From assembly GCA_044229145.1 (NCBI GenBank), contig JBGATO010000008.1:1-64000 (forward strand): a DNA stretch of 64,000 nt, read 5' to 3'. The notes under the pieces were generated by a model, which had not been told where the DNA came from, did no database searches, and saw only the letters and a program-made list of their open reading frames with translations. A program made the position numbers and the translations under genes. The DNA comes from Candidatus Eiseniibacteriota bacterium. GTDB lineage: Bacteria > Eisenbacteria > RBG-16-71-46 > CAZEPH01. This document shows positions 37,490 through 47,125 of the stretch, piece by piece (within the stretch, counting starts at the first letter, position 1; every line of letters begins with the position of its first letter).

Positions 37490-37927
37490 ATGGCCGACCT
37501 GCTCCCCCTTGGCAGCGTGGCACCCGCCTTCACCTTGCCGTCCACGCACGGCATGCTGTCGAGCGACGTGCTCACGGGCAAACACATCGTGCTCTGCTTC
37601 TACCCCGCCGACGACACGCCTGGTTGAAACCGCCAGTTGTCCGCGTTTCGGGACGATCATGCTCGGTTCGAGCATGCCAACACGGTGGTGATCGGGGTCA
37701 ATCATCAGGGTCTCGATTCCCACGACGCGTATTCGCAGAAGTTCTCCTTCCCGTTCGCCCTCGCCACCGACGCGGACCGGCGCGTGGCGGCCGCGTATCA
37801 CGCCCTGAAGGACAACGGCACCAGCATCGAACGCTCGGTGTACGTTCTCGGGCCGGACCGCACGATTCGCTACGCGGCCCGCGGAATTCCGGACAACGCG
37901 GAGGTGCTCGCGGCGCTCGGCGGCTGA
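37490..37927 (+). CDS. Peroxiredoxin (BCP/AhpC-TSA family) with in-frame TGA at the peroxidatic position; probable selenoprotein (Sec46)
   Basis: GGAGGA RBS and ATG at 37490. Reads G..APAFTL...VLCFYPADDTPG[TGA 37625-37627]NRQLSAF...VIGVN...FPFALATD...ERSVYVL, with the frame intact on both sides of the TGA. Confidence 0.88.
37636..37657 (+). promoter_or_regulatory. Candidate bacterial SECIS hairpin
   Basis: TTGTCCG-CGTTT-CG(G)GACGA stem-loop just 3' of the UGA. The loop starts 16 nt after the UGA and has G followed by U. Confidence 0.55.
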
Positions 37928-37944
37928 GAGCGCGACCCCGAATG

Positions 37945-37981
37945 CGAAACGCCGGCGAGCGTGCGGCTCGCCGGCGTTTCG
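37945..37981. terminator. Hairpin between convergent genes (probable bidirectional terminator)
   Basis: Perfect 16-bp stem CGAAACGCCGGCGAGC-GTGCG-GCTCGCCGGCGTTTCG. Confidence 0.8.
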
Positions 37982-38009
37982 TCATCGTGGACGGGGACGC
38001 GCCCCGCGG

Positions 38010-41000
38010 TTAGTGCGCCAGGACGAAGGTGCGCTGGACGTGCGTGTCGCCGGCTCGCAGGCGAAGCACATACACACCGGCCGGAGCCCGCGCGCCGGCT
38101 GCCGTGCGGCCGTCCCACGCCAACGCGTGCGGGCCGGCAGGCTGCGTCGCGTCGAGCAATCGCGCCACGCGGCGGCCGCGGACGTCGAACACCGTAGCCT
38201 CCACCGCCCCGCGCGCCGGCAGTACGTACGCCACCCGCAGGGTGCCGCGCGCCGGCGACGGCCCGACGCGCAACGCAAGCGCCACCGCGTGCGGCGTGTC
38301 GCCGCCCGCGCCGTGCGCGCTCGACGCATCGTTTGTGCGGAACGCCGTGAAGCCGTTGCCCGCGGCGCCGAACACCAGCCACGGTGTGCGCGGGAATTCG
38401 GGCTCCGCGGTGAGCGTGCGCGCCCGCCAGTGATAGCTGGTTTGCGACGCCAGGCCGGTCAGCAGCAGGTTGGCGTCCACGATGCTGCCCAGCCCGCCGC
38501 TCGAATCCGGATGGGTGGCCAAGGCGAACGGCGTCCGCCACGTGTCGAGGCCGTCGAACGGCATCGCCAGGGGCTTCACCTCGAACTCCACCCGAATCCG
38601 CGCGCGGCCGGCGGCGCTGCGTCCGTTGGTCTTCAGGCGTGCCCCGTCGCCGCGGTCGCTGAGCGCGCCTGCAGCCAGCGGCGCGAGATCGGTGGTGCGG
38701 GCTTGGCGCAACAGTCGCGCGAGTCCGGGGCCACCGTTGCCGCCGAAGTGCGACGTACGGCCTTCATTCGTCTGGCCGTTGGTGGCGAAGGGCGCGCCGA
38801 TGTCGAGATCGGCGTAGCCGTCGCCGTTGACGTCGCCCATCGCGCAGGCGCCGCCGAACTGCGCGCCGGCCGCGTTGCTCTCGGCGCCCCACGCGCTGGT
38901 GTCGGCGAGGCCGGTGACCAGGGCGCCGAAGTAGACCTGCACGCGGCCTTCGCCCGGCTGGACGTTGGTGTAGCCCGGTAACCCGACGGCGAGGTCCGAG
39001 GCCCCATCGCCGTCGATGTCACCCGCGGCGAGCGCGGCGCCGGTGCGTGCGCTGTCGGCGATTCCCATCACGCTCCAGCTGGGCGAGGGCTGGAGTCCGG
39101 CGATCGCGTCGCCACGGAACACGTACGCGGCCCCGCGCTGGTAGCCGCCGCTCGGGGCCAGTGGCGTGCCGCACGCGAGATCGCCGAGTCCATCGCCGTC
39201 GACGTCGCCGGCGGCGGCGAGCACGCTGCCGAGTTGCGCGCCGGCCTCCGCGCCCTGCGCCGTCCAGGCGGGGCTCGACGACAGGCCGCCGAGCGAGCCG
39301 AGGTAGAGCCGCACGGCGCCGGCCTGCGCCGCCGCGCCATTGTCGCGCGGCGCGCCGGCGACGAGGTCGGCGAAGCCGTCGCCATTGACGTCGCCGGCAC
39401 CGGCGAGCGCGCTGCCGAAGCCGATCGAATCCGCGCCGCCGTCGGCGGACCACGTCGCCAGGGCACTCACGCCATCGGGCGTTCCGGCGAACAGCGACAC
39501 GCGTCCGTCGCGTACCGCGGAGGCGTTCTCGTCCGGTGCGCCGACCGCCACGTCGGCGAAACCATCGCCGTCGACATCGCCGGTGCCGCTCACCGCGCTG
39601 CCGAAGTGCGCGCCGGCGGCGGTGCCGAACGCCGACCACATCGGCACCGGGCTCACGCCGACGAGCGAGCCGCCGTACACGCGCGCTTCGCCGACGTCGA
39701 GAGAGTCGCCGTCCCAGCCGGGTGCGCCCACCACGAGATCGCAGTAGCCGTCGCCGTTGACGTCGCGCGCGCCAGCGAGCGCGGCGCCGAAGTGCGCGCT
39801 GTCCTGCTCGCCCTCGGCGGTCCACGCCGGCACCGTCACCAAGCCGGTCGACGAGCCGAGGAAGACGAACGCGGCGCCTTCGTCGACGTGGCCGCCGTCG
39901 TACTGCGGCGCGCCGATCGCCAGGTCCTGGAAGCCGTCGCCGTTGACGTCACCGACGGAGGCCAGCGCGGCACCGAACATCGCGTTCGCCTGGTCGTGCT
40001 CGAGAATGGCACCCGCGGCGATGCTCGGACCGGTGGGTGAGCCGACGTACAGCGATACCTGGCCGTTCGCGACGCCGCCGTTGAAGTTGCCGTACGGCGT
40101 GCCGACCAGCACGTCGCTGTAGCCGTCGCCGTTCACGTCGCCCGCGGTGGCCACCGACCAGCCCATGCGCGCGTTGGTTTGATTGCTCTCGACGCGCCAG
40201 CTCGGCGCGGTCGCCGGACCCGTGGGGCCGCCGAAGAACACGGTGGCCGAGCCTTCGTACGCTTCCGGCGCGTGCCAGCCGTACGCGCCGACGATGATGT
40301 CGGCGAAGCCGTCGCCGTTGACGTCGCCGGCGGTGCCGACGCAGGCGCCGAAGCGCGCCTCCGACAGCCCGCCGTCGAACACCCACGACGGATTGAGGCC
40401 GAGCCCGCTCGCGCCGCCGAAGTAGACGAAGGCGCGGCCCTCGTTGCGCTGGCCGCTCAAATAGCGCTGCGCGCCGACGATGACGTCGGCATAGCCGTCA
40501 CCGTTGACGTCGCCGGCGCTGCTTACCGAGAGACCGTAGCTGGCGTTCGACTGATTGCCCGAGGTGCGCCAGGCGAAGTCGGGATCGACGCCGGCCGGCG
40601 TGCCGAGATAGACGAACGCGGCGCCCTCGGCGCCCTGGTCGAGCGTCCAGCGCCAGGCGCCGACGATCACGTCGCTGAGGCCATCGCCGTTGACGTCGCC
40701 GGCACTCGCCACCGAGCAGCCGAAGTAGGCGTTCGACTGTCCGCCTTCGCCGCTCCACACCGGAATCGTCGCGAGGCCGCTGGCGCCGCCGAGGTAGACG
40801 AGCGCGCGTCCCTCGAACGCGAAGTTGTTGTGCGTATAGTACTGCGCCCCGGCGATGACGTCGGCGAAGCCGTCGCCGTTGACATCGCCGGCGGTAGCCA
40901 CCGAGTAGCCGAACTCGGCCTGCACGAGATCGCCCTGCGCGGTCCAGGCCGGCGTGGCCGCGAGGCCGTCGGCCGAACCGAGGTAAAGGAACGCTTCGCC

Positions 41001-42074
41001 CTCATCGGTCTCGGGGTCGTCGTAGAACGGTGCGCCGACGATGACATCGTCGTAGCCGTCGCCGTTGACGTCGCCGGCGCTGGCGACGCTGAAACCGTAC
41101 TGGCATACCGCCTGATTGCCGTCCTGCACCCACGCCGCCGTGTCGGCCAGACCCTGCGCGGAGCCCAAGTAGACGAACGCCGCGCCCTCGTCGATGTCGC
41201 CCTGGTCGTAGAGGTACGCGCCGACGATGACGTCGCTGAAGCCGTCGCCGTTGACATCGCCCGCGGTGGCCACTTGCCAGCCGAAGTAGCTCGCGTTCTG
41301 ATCGCCCTCGACGGTCCACGCCGTGGTGGTGAGCGCGGGGTCGATCGTGAGGGGATAGCGTGCGCCGCGATCGTCGACCACCAGGCGAATGCCGGAGCCG
41401 GTGCGGGCGAGCGACGCGGGGAACGCAGCGCCGGTGGCGTCGCTGACGTGCAGGCCGGCGTAGCGCAGCACCCGCGCGCCGCGTCCGTCGACGAATTCGA
41501 AGCCGCCTGGTGTCTCGCGCGCTTGCAGGCCGTCTAGCGTGAGCGCGCCCTCGACCACCAGCGGTCCCTCGCCGTCCGGCCGCTGCGCGATCTCGAAGGT
41601 TTGTTCGACGCCGTCGTGACGGTTGTCGTAGCGCTCGTGGAACGCGGACGTGCTGAAGTGCAGGGCGATGCCGGCGGTGCAGACGTCGCGGGCGCCCACC
41701 TCGTGGAGCGCGCCGTCACGGCCGTAGGCCTGCGTGCGCCACGTCCACGACCACGCGGCCTCGCGGCTATCGCGCGCGGTGACCTGCATCGCGCCGTCAC
41801 GCGCGAGGAGGCGGAGATTCTGCGCGCGGTTCGGTGCGCCGAAGCCCCCGTCGTGCGCCGCGAAGGCGTACTCGCGCTCGCGCAGTTGCCGCTCGGCCGA
41901 CGCCCACCAATCAGGCGCCGCACCCGCCGCCTCGACCGCCGCCGCGACCGTGTGCGTGGTGGCGTGGGGAGCCGAGGCAGACAACGCCCACGACGTCGCG
42001 GTGAACACGACGCTCGCGCTTGCGAGCACGCCCGCGACGCCGCACGCACGCGCGCGTGGAGCGCGTTGCGGCAT
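38010..42074 (-). CDS. Secreted FG-GAP (integrin-alpha-like) repeat protein with FlgD-Ig/T9SS-like C-terminal domain
   Basis: About 14 FG.SVA.AGDVNGDG..DVIVGA repeats, an N-terminal GVEQ.F...YP..IDP domain and a signal-like N-terminus. GGAGGA RBS before ATG 42074. Confidence 0.92.
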   Translation of the reverse strand: MPQRAPRARACGVAGVLASASVVFTATSWALSASAPHATTHTVAAAVEAAGAAPDWWASAERQLREREYAFAAHDGGFGAPNRAQNLRLLARDGAMQVTARDSREAAWSWTWRTQAYGRDGALHEVGARDVCTAGIALHFSTSAFHERYDNRHDGVEQTFEIAQRPDGEGPLVVEGALTLDGLQARETPGGFEFVDGRGARVLRYAGLHVSDATGAAFPASLARTGSGIRLVVDDRGARYPLTIDPALTTTAWTVEGDQNASYFGWQVATAGDVNGDGFSDVIVGAYLYDQGDIDEGAAFVYLGSAQGLADTAAWVQDGNQAVCQYGFSVASAGDVNGDGYDDVIVGAPFYDDPETDEGEAFLYLGSADGLAATPAWTAQGDLVQAEFGYSVATAGDVNGDGFADVIAGAQYYTHNNFAFEGRALVYLGGASGLATIPVWSGEGGQSNAYFGCSVASAGDVNGDGLSDVIVGAWRWTLDQGAEGAAFVYLGTPAGVDPDFAWRTSGNQSNASYGLSVSSAGDVNGDGYADVIVGAQRYLSGQRNEGRAFVYFGGASGLGLNPSWVFDGGLSEARFGACVGTAGDVNGDGFADIIVGAYGWHAPEAYEGSATVFFGGPTGPATAPSWRVESNQTNARMGWSVATAGDVNGDGYSDVLVGTPYGNFNGGVANGQVSLYVGSPTGPSIAAGAILEHDQANAMFGAALASVGDVNGDGFQDLAIGAPQYDGGHVDEGAAFVFLGSSTGLVTVPAWTAEGEQDSAHFGAALAGARDVNGDGYCDLVVGAPGWDGDSLDVGEARVYGGSLVGVSPVPMWSAFGTAAGAHFGSAVSGTGDVDGDGFADVAVGAPDENASAVRDGRVSLFAGTPDGVSALATWSADGGADSIGFGSALAGAGDVNGDGFADLVAGAPRDNGAAAQAGAVRLYLGSLGGLSSSPAWTAQGAEAGAQLGSVLAAAGDVDGDGLGDLACGTPLAPSGGYQRGAAYVFRGDAIAGLQPSPSWSVMGIADSARTGAALAAGDIDGDGASDLAVGLPGYTNVQPGEGRVQVYFGALVTGLADTSAWGAESNAAGAQFGGACAMGDVNGDGYADLDIGAPFATNGQTNEGRTSHFGGNGGPGLARLLRQARTTDLAPLAAGALSDRGDGARLKTNGRSAAGRARIRVEFEVKPLAMPFDGLDTWRTPFALATHPDSSGGLGSIVDANLLLTGLASQTSYHWRARTLTAEPEFPRTPWLVFGAAGNGFTAFRTNDASSAHGAGGDTPHAVALALRVGPSPARGTLRVAYVLPARGAVEATVFDVRGRRVARLLDATQPAGPHALAWDGRTAAGARAPAGVYVLRLRAGDTHVQRTFVLAH

Positions 42075-42131
42075 GGAAGCCCTCCTCCGATGGAAGACGC
42101 GTGAATCCTTCACCCGCAACCGCGGGTGTGG

Positions 42132-45100
42132 TTATCGATCCGTGAGGACGACGCGCTGGGTGCGCGTGCCGCCCGGCCCATCGAGCCGCACGAGATAGAG
42201 TCCAGCTGGCACACGCCGGCCGGCATCGTCGACACCACGCCACTCGGCGCGGTACTCGCCGGCTTCCCGCGGGCCGTCGGCCAGTGCGGCAAGGGCGCGG
42301 CCGGCGGCGTCGAACACCCGCAGGCGCGCGTTGCCCGCCGTGGCGAGACGGTAGCGCAGGGTCGTCCGGCCGGGTGCCGGATTCGGCGCCGGCGCGGTGA
42401 GCGCGAGGCCCCGCGTCGCGGGCTCGCCCGGTGTGCCGACCGCGGTCGGCCGCGCGGTGCGGATCGTGCCCTGCGTACGCGGCACCTGCGGAATCGACAG
42501 CCAGACGCTGCGCGCTTGGAAGCGCCGCGCGTCGCTGACCAGCCGGATGCGCCACTTGTACATGGTGAAGCCGGTGAGGCCGCTTACCACCTCGTCGAGG
42601 TGGGCGATGGAGCCGCCGGTTCCCGGCGCGCCGGTGTCGAGCAGAGCGCCGGTGCCGAGTCCGGTGCCGTCGAACGGCACGCCGATCGGCTTGACCTCCC
42701 ACTGCATGCGCACTTGGCCGCGGCCGAGGATGCTTCGGCCGTTGGCGCGCAGGCGGAAGCTCGTTGCGTCTTCGCTGGCGCCGAGCACCGCGATCGGCGC
42801 GGTGTCCGAGAGACGCCACTGCATGACGGCGCGATCGAGGCCGGGGCCGAGATTGCCGTAGAACGCGTAGATGCGCCCCTCGTCGAACTTCGCCGCCAGG
42901 TCGTAGAGATACGCGGCCGTGACGAAGTCCGGGGAGCCGTCGCCGTTCAAGTCGCCGGCCGCGGCGACCGCGTTGCCGAACAGCGCGCGGCCCTGGTCGC
43001 CGTACCAGACGTTCGACGACAGCGAGTTGACGCCGGTGCTGTTGCCGCGGAACAACTGCAGGCGGCCGACGTCGGTGTTGCCGTTGTTGTCGTAGTAGGG
43101 CGTGCCGACCACGACATCGCCGAAGCCGTCGCCGTTGGTGTCGCCGACCCCTGCCACCGCGAAGCCGCACTGCGAGTTGGCCTGGCCGCCGGCGTCGGTC
43201 CACGCCGCGGTCGGGCGCAGGCCATTGAGGCCGCCGAGAATCACCTGCGCACGCCCGTCGCTGGTGAACGCGCCGCTGTAGAGCGGCTGGCCGATGACGA
43301 TATCGGCGTAGCCGTCGCCATTGACGTCGCCGGCGCTGGCGATCGACCACCCGAGCACCGCGCCGGACTGCGTGCCATCGAGCGTCCAGTTGGGTGCGCT
43401 GGAGGGGCCGAAGTTCGACCCGTGGTATTCGAGGACGCGGCCGGCATCGACCAGGCTCACCGAGGGATCGTAGAGGCGGGCCGCGATGAGCAGGTCGCTG
43501 TAGCTGTCGCCGTTGATGTCGCCGGCACCGGCGACCGCGCTGCCGAACCACCCGCCTGTTTGATCGCCTTCGGCGTGCCAGTCGGCGGCCGCGGCGGGGC
43601 CGCTCGTGGAGCCGAGGTAGACCCAGACGCCGCCTTCGTCGGTTTGGCCGTTGTCGTAGTAGGGCGCGCCGATCGCGATGTCGCCGAAGCCGTCGGCATT
43701 GGTGTCGCCGATGCCGGTCACCGCGAAGCCGAAGCCGGCGCCCGCCTGATCGAGTTCCGCGGTCCACGAGGCGCTCAGCGAGATGCCTGACGGCGTGCCG
43801 AGGTAGAGGAAGGCGCGGCCTTCGTCGGTCTGCCCATTGTCGTACGCGGGACATCCGACTAGCACGTCGGCGTAGCCGTCGCCGTTGACATCGCCGGCCC
43901 CTGCCACCGCGGCGCCGAATTGCGAGAGCCCTTGGTTCGACTCGACGGTGCGGACGCTGGTCGCGGTGATGCCCTTGGCCGAGCCGCGGAAGACGAACGC
44001 GCGGCCTTCATCGGTCTGGCCGTTGTCCCAGTAGGGTGCGCCCACCACGACATCGGTGTAGCCGTCGCCGTTGACGTCGCCGGCCGCGCTCAGCGCGTAC
44101 CCGAACTGCGCGCCGCCTTGCTGACTGTCGAACGACCAGTCGGCCAGCGTGTCGACGCCAGCCGGCGCGCCGTAGAACACGAACGCCTTTCCGACATCGA
44201 TCAGGTTTTGATTGATGGGATCGTCGAACAACGGCGCGCCGACGATGACGTCGCTGTAGCCGTCGCCGTTGACGTCGCCGGCACCGCTCACCGACCAGCC
44301 GGAGAATGCCTTGGTCTGTCCGGCGCCGAACGTCCAGTCGGGCAGGGTGTCGAGACCGGCCGCGGTGCCCTGATACACGAACGAGCCGCCTTCGTCGGCG
44401 ATCGCGAACTCGTACTGCCATGCGCCGACGATGACGTCGGCGAAGCCGTCGCCGTTGACGTCGCCAGCGCACGCCACGGAGCAGCCGAGCCGTGCGTCGG
44501 TGGCGTTCGACTGCACCGTCCACGCGGCCAGCGTGTCGGGGCCGATCACGCTGCCGTAGTAGACCCAGACGCGGCCTTCGTTCTGTTCGCCGCTCGAATA
44601 GCGCGAGCCTCCGACGATGATGTCGCCGTAGCCGTCGCCGTTGACGTCGCCGGCCGCCGCGACGGCGTGACCGTAGCTGGCACCGCCCTGATTGCCTTCG
44701 CGCGTCCACACCGCGGTGGTGGAGAGGCCGTTGACGCCGCCGAGATACACCCACGCCTTGCCTTCGGTGCTCTGGCCGTTGGTGTAGTGGAACGCGCCGA
44801 CGATGACGTCGTCGTAGCCGTCCGCGTTGACGTCGCCGGCACCGGCCGCCGGGGCGCCGTAGTAGCCGTTGACTTGGTCGCCTTCGGTGATCCACGACGG
44901 CGCGGCCACCGGCCCGTTCGTGCTGCCGAGGAACAGCAGCGCGCGGCCTTCGTCGATCTCGGGGTCGTCGTAGTAGGGCGCGCTGACCACCACGTCGTCG
45001 AAGCCGTCGCCGTTGACGTCGCCGGCCGAGCCGACGGTGTTGCCGAGCAGCGCGAGCGCTTGGCCGCTGGTGTAGCTCCACACCGGCGCGGCGTTCAGTC

Positions 45101-46238
45101 CGTCGGGGCCGCCGAGGTACACCCACGCGCCGCCTTCGTCGGTGAGCGCGGCGGTCGATTCATAGCGGTAGCCACCGACGATGACGTCGTCGTAGCCGTC
45201 GCCGTTGACGTCGCCCGCCGAGGCGACGGCGACACCCATGTTGGCGCCGGCTTGGTTGGACTCCGCAATCCAGCCCGGGATCGAGCCGAGGCCGGCGGTG
45301 GAGCCGTAGAAGACGAATGCGGCGCCCTCGTCGGTCTGGCCGTTGTCGTAATAGGGCGCGCCGACGATGACGTCGGAGTAGCCGTCTCCGTTGACGTCGC
45401 CGGCGCAGGCGACCGAGTCGCCGAGTTGTTCGCCCGCCTGATTGCCGAGCGCGGTCCACACCGGCGAGGAGATCAGCGGGTCGAGGACGATCGGGTAGCG
45501 GGCGTCGTGGTCGTCGGCGAGCAAGCGCAACGTGCCATCGGCGAACTCCAATCGGGCGGGCAGGGCGATGCCGTCGGCGTCACGAACCGCGAGGCCGGCA
45601 TAACGCAACGCGCGGGCGCCGCCGGGGAGCAGGAAGTCGAGCGCGTCGCCCTCGCGCGAGAGCCGTGGCGTGACGCCGGTCCCGGCCACCGCGAGTTCGA
45701 GCGCCAGTTCGCCGCTGCCGTCCGGGCGCGCGGCGAGTGTGAAGCCCTGCTCGACGCCCTCCGCCGCATTCACGTACCACTCGTGGACGCCCGGCCGCAC
45801 GTACTGCACGATGGCGCCCAGCGACTGCGGCATCACCGGCTCGCTGACGCGGACCGCCGCACCGCGGCCGACGCCGCGCAGCGTCCACGCGGCGGACCAC
45901 GCCGGCTCCGCCGCCGTCTGCCGGCGCGGCTCGACGCGAATGCCTCCGGAGGTGAAGTAGGTGCGAAGGTTCTGGGCCCGGTTGGGGGCTTGGAGGCCGT
46001 CGTGTCCCGTCACGGCGGTTGCTTCGTATTCGCGCCGCGCGAGGCTGCCGCGGACGCCGGAAACCCAGGACGAGGATGTGCTAGGTGAGTTGCCGGCTGC
46101 CGCCTCGGCGCGAGAGGGGGCCCCGCTCGCGGACGATGCGGGGCGCGCCGACGCAGCGCCAGCCGCGGTGACGGCAGCGAGCGAGCAGACGAGGGCGGCG
46201 AAGACGATCTGGCGAATCGTGGCTACGTGTCCTGTCAT
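42132..46238 (-). CDS. Second secreted FG-GAP repeat protein with FlgD-Ig/T9SS-like C-terminal domain (tandem paralog)
   Basis: Same architecture: APNRAQNLR, GVEQGF, YPIVLDP, about 14 AGDVNGDG repeats and PNP...FDAAGR...GLYLVRL. The start at ATG 46238 is inferred from the signal peptide. Confidence 0.92.
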   Translation of the reverse strand: MTGHVATIRQIVFAALVCSLAAVTAAGAASARPASSASGAPSRAEAAAGNSPSTSSSWVSGVRGSLARREYEATAVTGHDGLQAPNRAQNLRTYFTSGGIRVEPRRQTAAEPAWSAAWTLRGVGRGAAVRVSEPVMPQSLGAIVQYVRPGVHEWYVNAAEGVEQGFTLAARPDGSGELALELAVAGTGVTPRLSREGDALDFLLPGGARALRYAGLAVRDADGIALPARLEFADGTLRLLADDHDARYPIVLDPLISSPVWTALGNQAGEQLGDSVACAGDVNGDGYSDVIVGAPYYDNGQTDEGAAFVFYGSTAGLGSIPGWIAESNQAGANMGVAVASAGDVNGDGYDDVIVGGYRYESTAALTDEGGAWVYLGGPDGLNAAPVWSYTSGQALALLGNTVGSAGDVNGDGFDDVVVSAPYYDDPEIDEGRALLFLGSTNGPVAAPSWITEGDQVNGYYGAPAAGAGDVNADGYDDVIVGAFHYTNGQSTEGKAWVYLGGVNGLSTTAVWTREGNQGGASYGHAVAAAGDVNGDGYGDIIVGGSRYSSGEQNEGRVWVYYGSVIGPDTLAAWTVQSNATDARLGCSVACAGDVNGDGFADVIVGAWQYEFAIADEGGSFVYQGTAAGLDTLPDWTFGAGQTKAFSGWSVSGAGDVNGDGYSDVIVGAPLFDDPINQNLIDVGKAFVFYGAPAGVDTLADWSFDSQQGGAQFGYALSAAGDVNGDGYTDVVVGAPYWDNGQTDEGRAFVFRGSAKGITATSVRTVESNQGLSQFGAAVAGAGDVNGDGYADVLVGCPAYDNGQTDEGRAFLYLGTPSGISLSASWTAELDQAGAGFGFAVTGIGDTNADGFGDIAIGAPYYDNGQTDEGGVWVYLGSTSGPAAAADWHAEGDQTGGWFGSAVAGAGDINGDSYSDLLIAARLYDPSVSLVDAGRVLEYHGSNFGPSSAPNWTLDGTQSGAVLGWSIASAGDVNGDGYADIVIGQPLYSGAFTSDGRAQVILGGLNGLRPTAAWTDAGGQANSQCGFAVAGVGDTNGDGFGDVVVGTPYYDNNGNTDVGRLQLFRGNSTGVNSLSSNVWYGDQGRALFGNAVAAAGDLNGDGSPDFVTAAYLYDLAAKFDEGRIYAFYGNLGPGLDRAVMQWRLSDTAPIAVLGASEDATSFRLRANGRSILGRGQVRMQWEVKPIGVPFDGTGLGTGALLDTGAPGTGGSIAHLDEVVSGLTGFTMYKWRIRLVSDARRFQARSVWLSIPQVPRTQGTIRTARPTAVGTPGEPATRGLALTAPAPNPAPGRTTLRYRLATAGNARLRVFDAAGRALAALADGPREAGEYRAEWRGVDDAGRRVPAGLYLVRLDGPGGTRTQRVVLTDR

Positions 46239-46594
46239 GTTGCCCTGCGGTTTCGTACTTCGCGGACAACGCGGGTGCGCGTCCGGTTCGAGACTGCGTG
46301 ATTCCATCAACAGCAGCGCGGCCGGGGAAGCCACGGAACGGGGGAGCTGGAGGTCGTCCGCAAACGCTGATGCCGGTGACAACTGCCCGCGGAGGAGAAT
46401 GGCGCCACGTGCCGCCGGGAGCGCGGCGCGTCGAGGTGCTCAACGGGTGCTTTCGTGCGTCTTTCAACAGTTTAGCGGCGGCGTTACCATTGTGCAAGGA
46501 CAAGCGCCAGGGCGGCGCGCCGTGCCCCACCCCGGCTCGCCGGCGGCGGGAAAGCCTCACCTCGCAGCGGTGAGCGGACGAAGGGAGTCGTAAC

Positions 46595-47125
46595 GTGAAT
46601 TGGCTTGATTTGGCGATCCTGGCCTTCGTGGTCATGTCGGCGATCCGCGGGGCGACGCGGGGCGCGATCCGCGCCGTGCTCGGCCTGGCCGCGGTCATCA
46701 TCGCGCTCGCGGTGGCCGGCCGCGCCTATCCGCTGCTCAGTGACCAGGTGCGCCAGGTCATTCCGGTGGACCACCAGGCGGCGGACTGGCTCGCGTTCCT
46801 GATCCTCTACGGTTTCCTCCACGGCGTCTTGGCGATCGTGGCTGCGATCCTCGGGCTGGCCGGCAAGGTCATCGGTCCGGAGGGCGTCCCCGGCCGGCTG
46901 GCTGGGGCGATCCTCGAAGGGTATCGCGCCGTGCTCCTGTCGGCGGTGCTCGTGGGCGCGCTGCTCACCGCACCTCAGGGGTTGCACATGCGGTGGGCAG
47001 CGGGGCCGGCGGCGGCCCAGGCGCTGCGCATCGCCGCCCCAATGCTCGAGCAGTTGGTGCCGTTATTCCCCGGCAGTGCCGAGGAGCGCGTCGGCGCTCC
47101 CACGCACAGCAGCGTCGAGAGCTAG
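46595..47125 (+). CDS. cvpA: CvpA (colicin V production) family membrane protein
   Basis: MNWLDLAIL....SAIRG.TRG.IR, about four hydrophobic segments, RLAGAIL.G. Confidence 0.8.
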   Translation: MNWLDLAILAFVVMSAIRGATRGAIRAVLGLAAVIIALAVAGRAYPLLSDQVRQVIPVDHQAADWLAFLILYGFLHGVLAIVAAILGLAGKVIGPEGVPGRLAGAILEGYRAVLLSAVLVGALLTAPQGLHMRWAAGPAAAQALRIAAPMLEQLVPLFPGSAEERVGAPTHSSVES

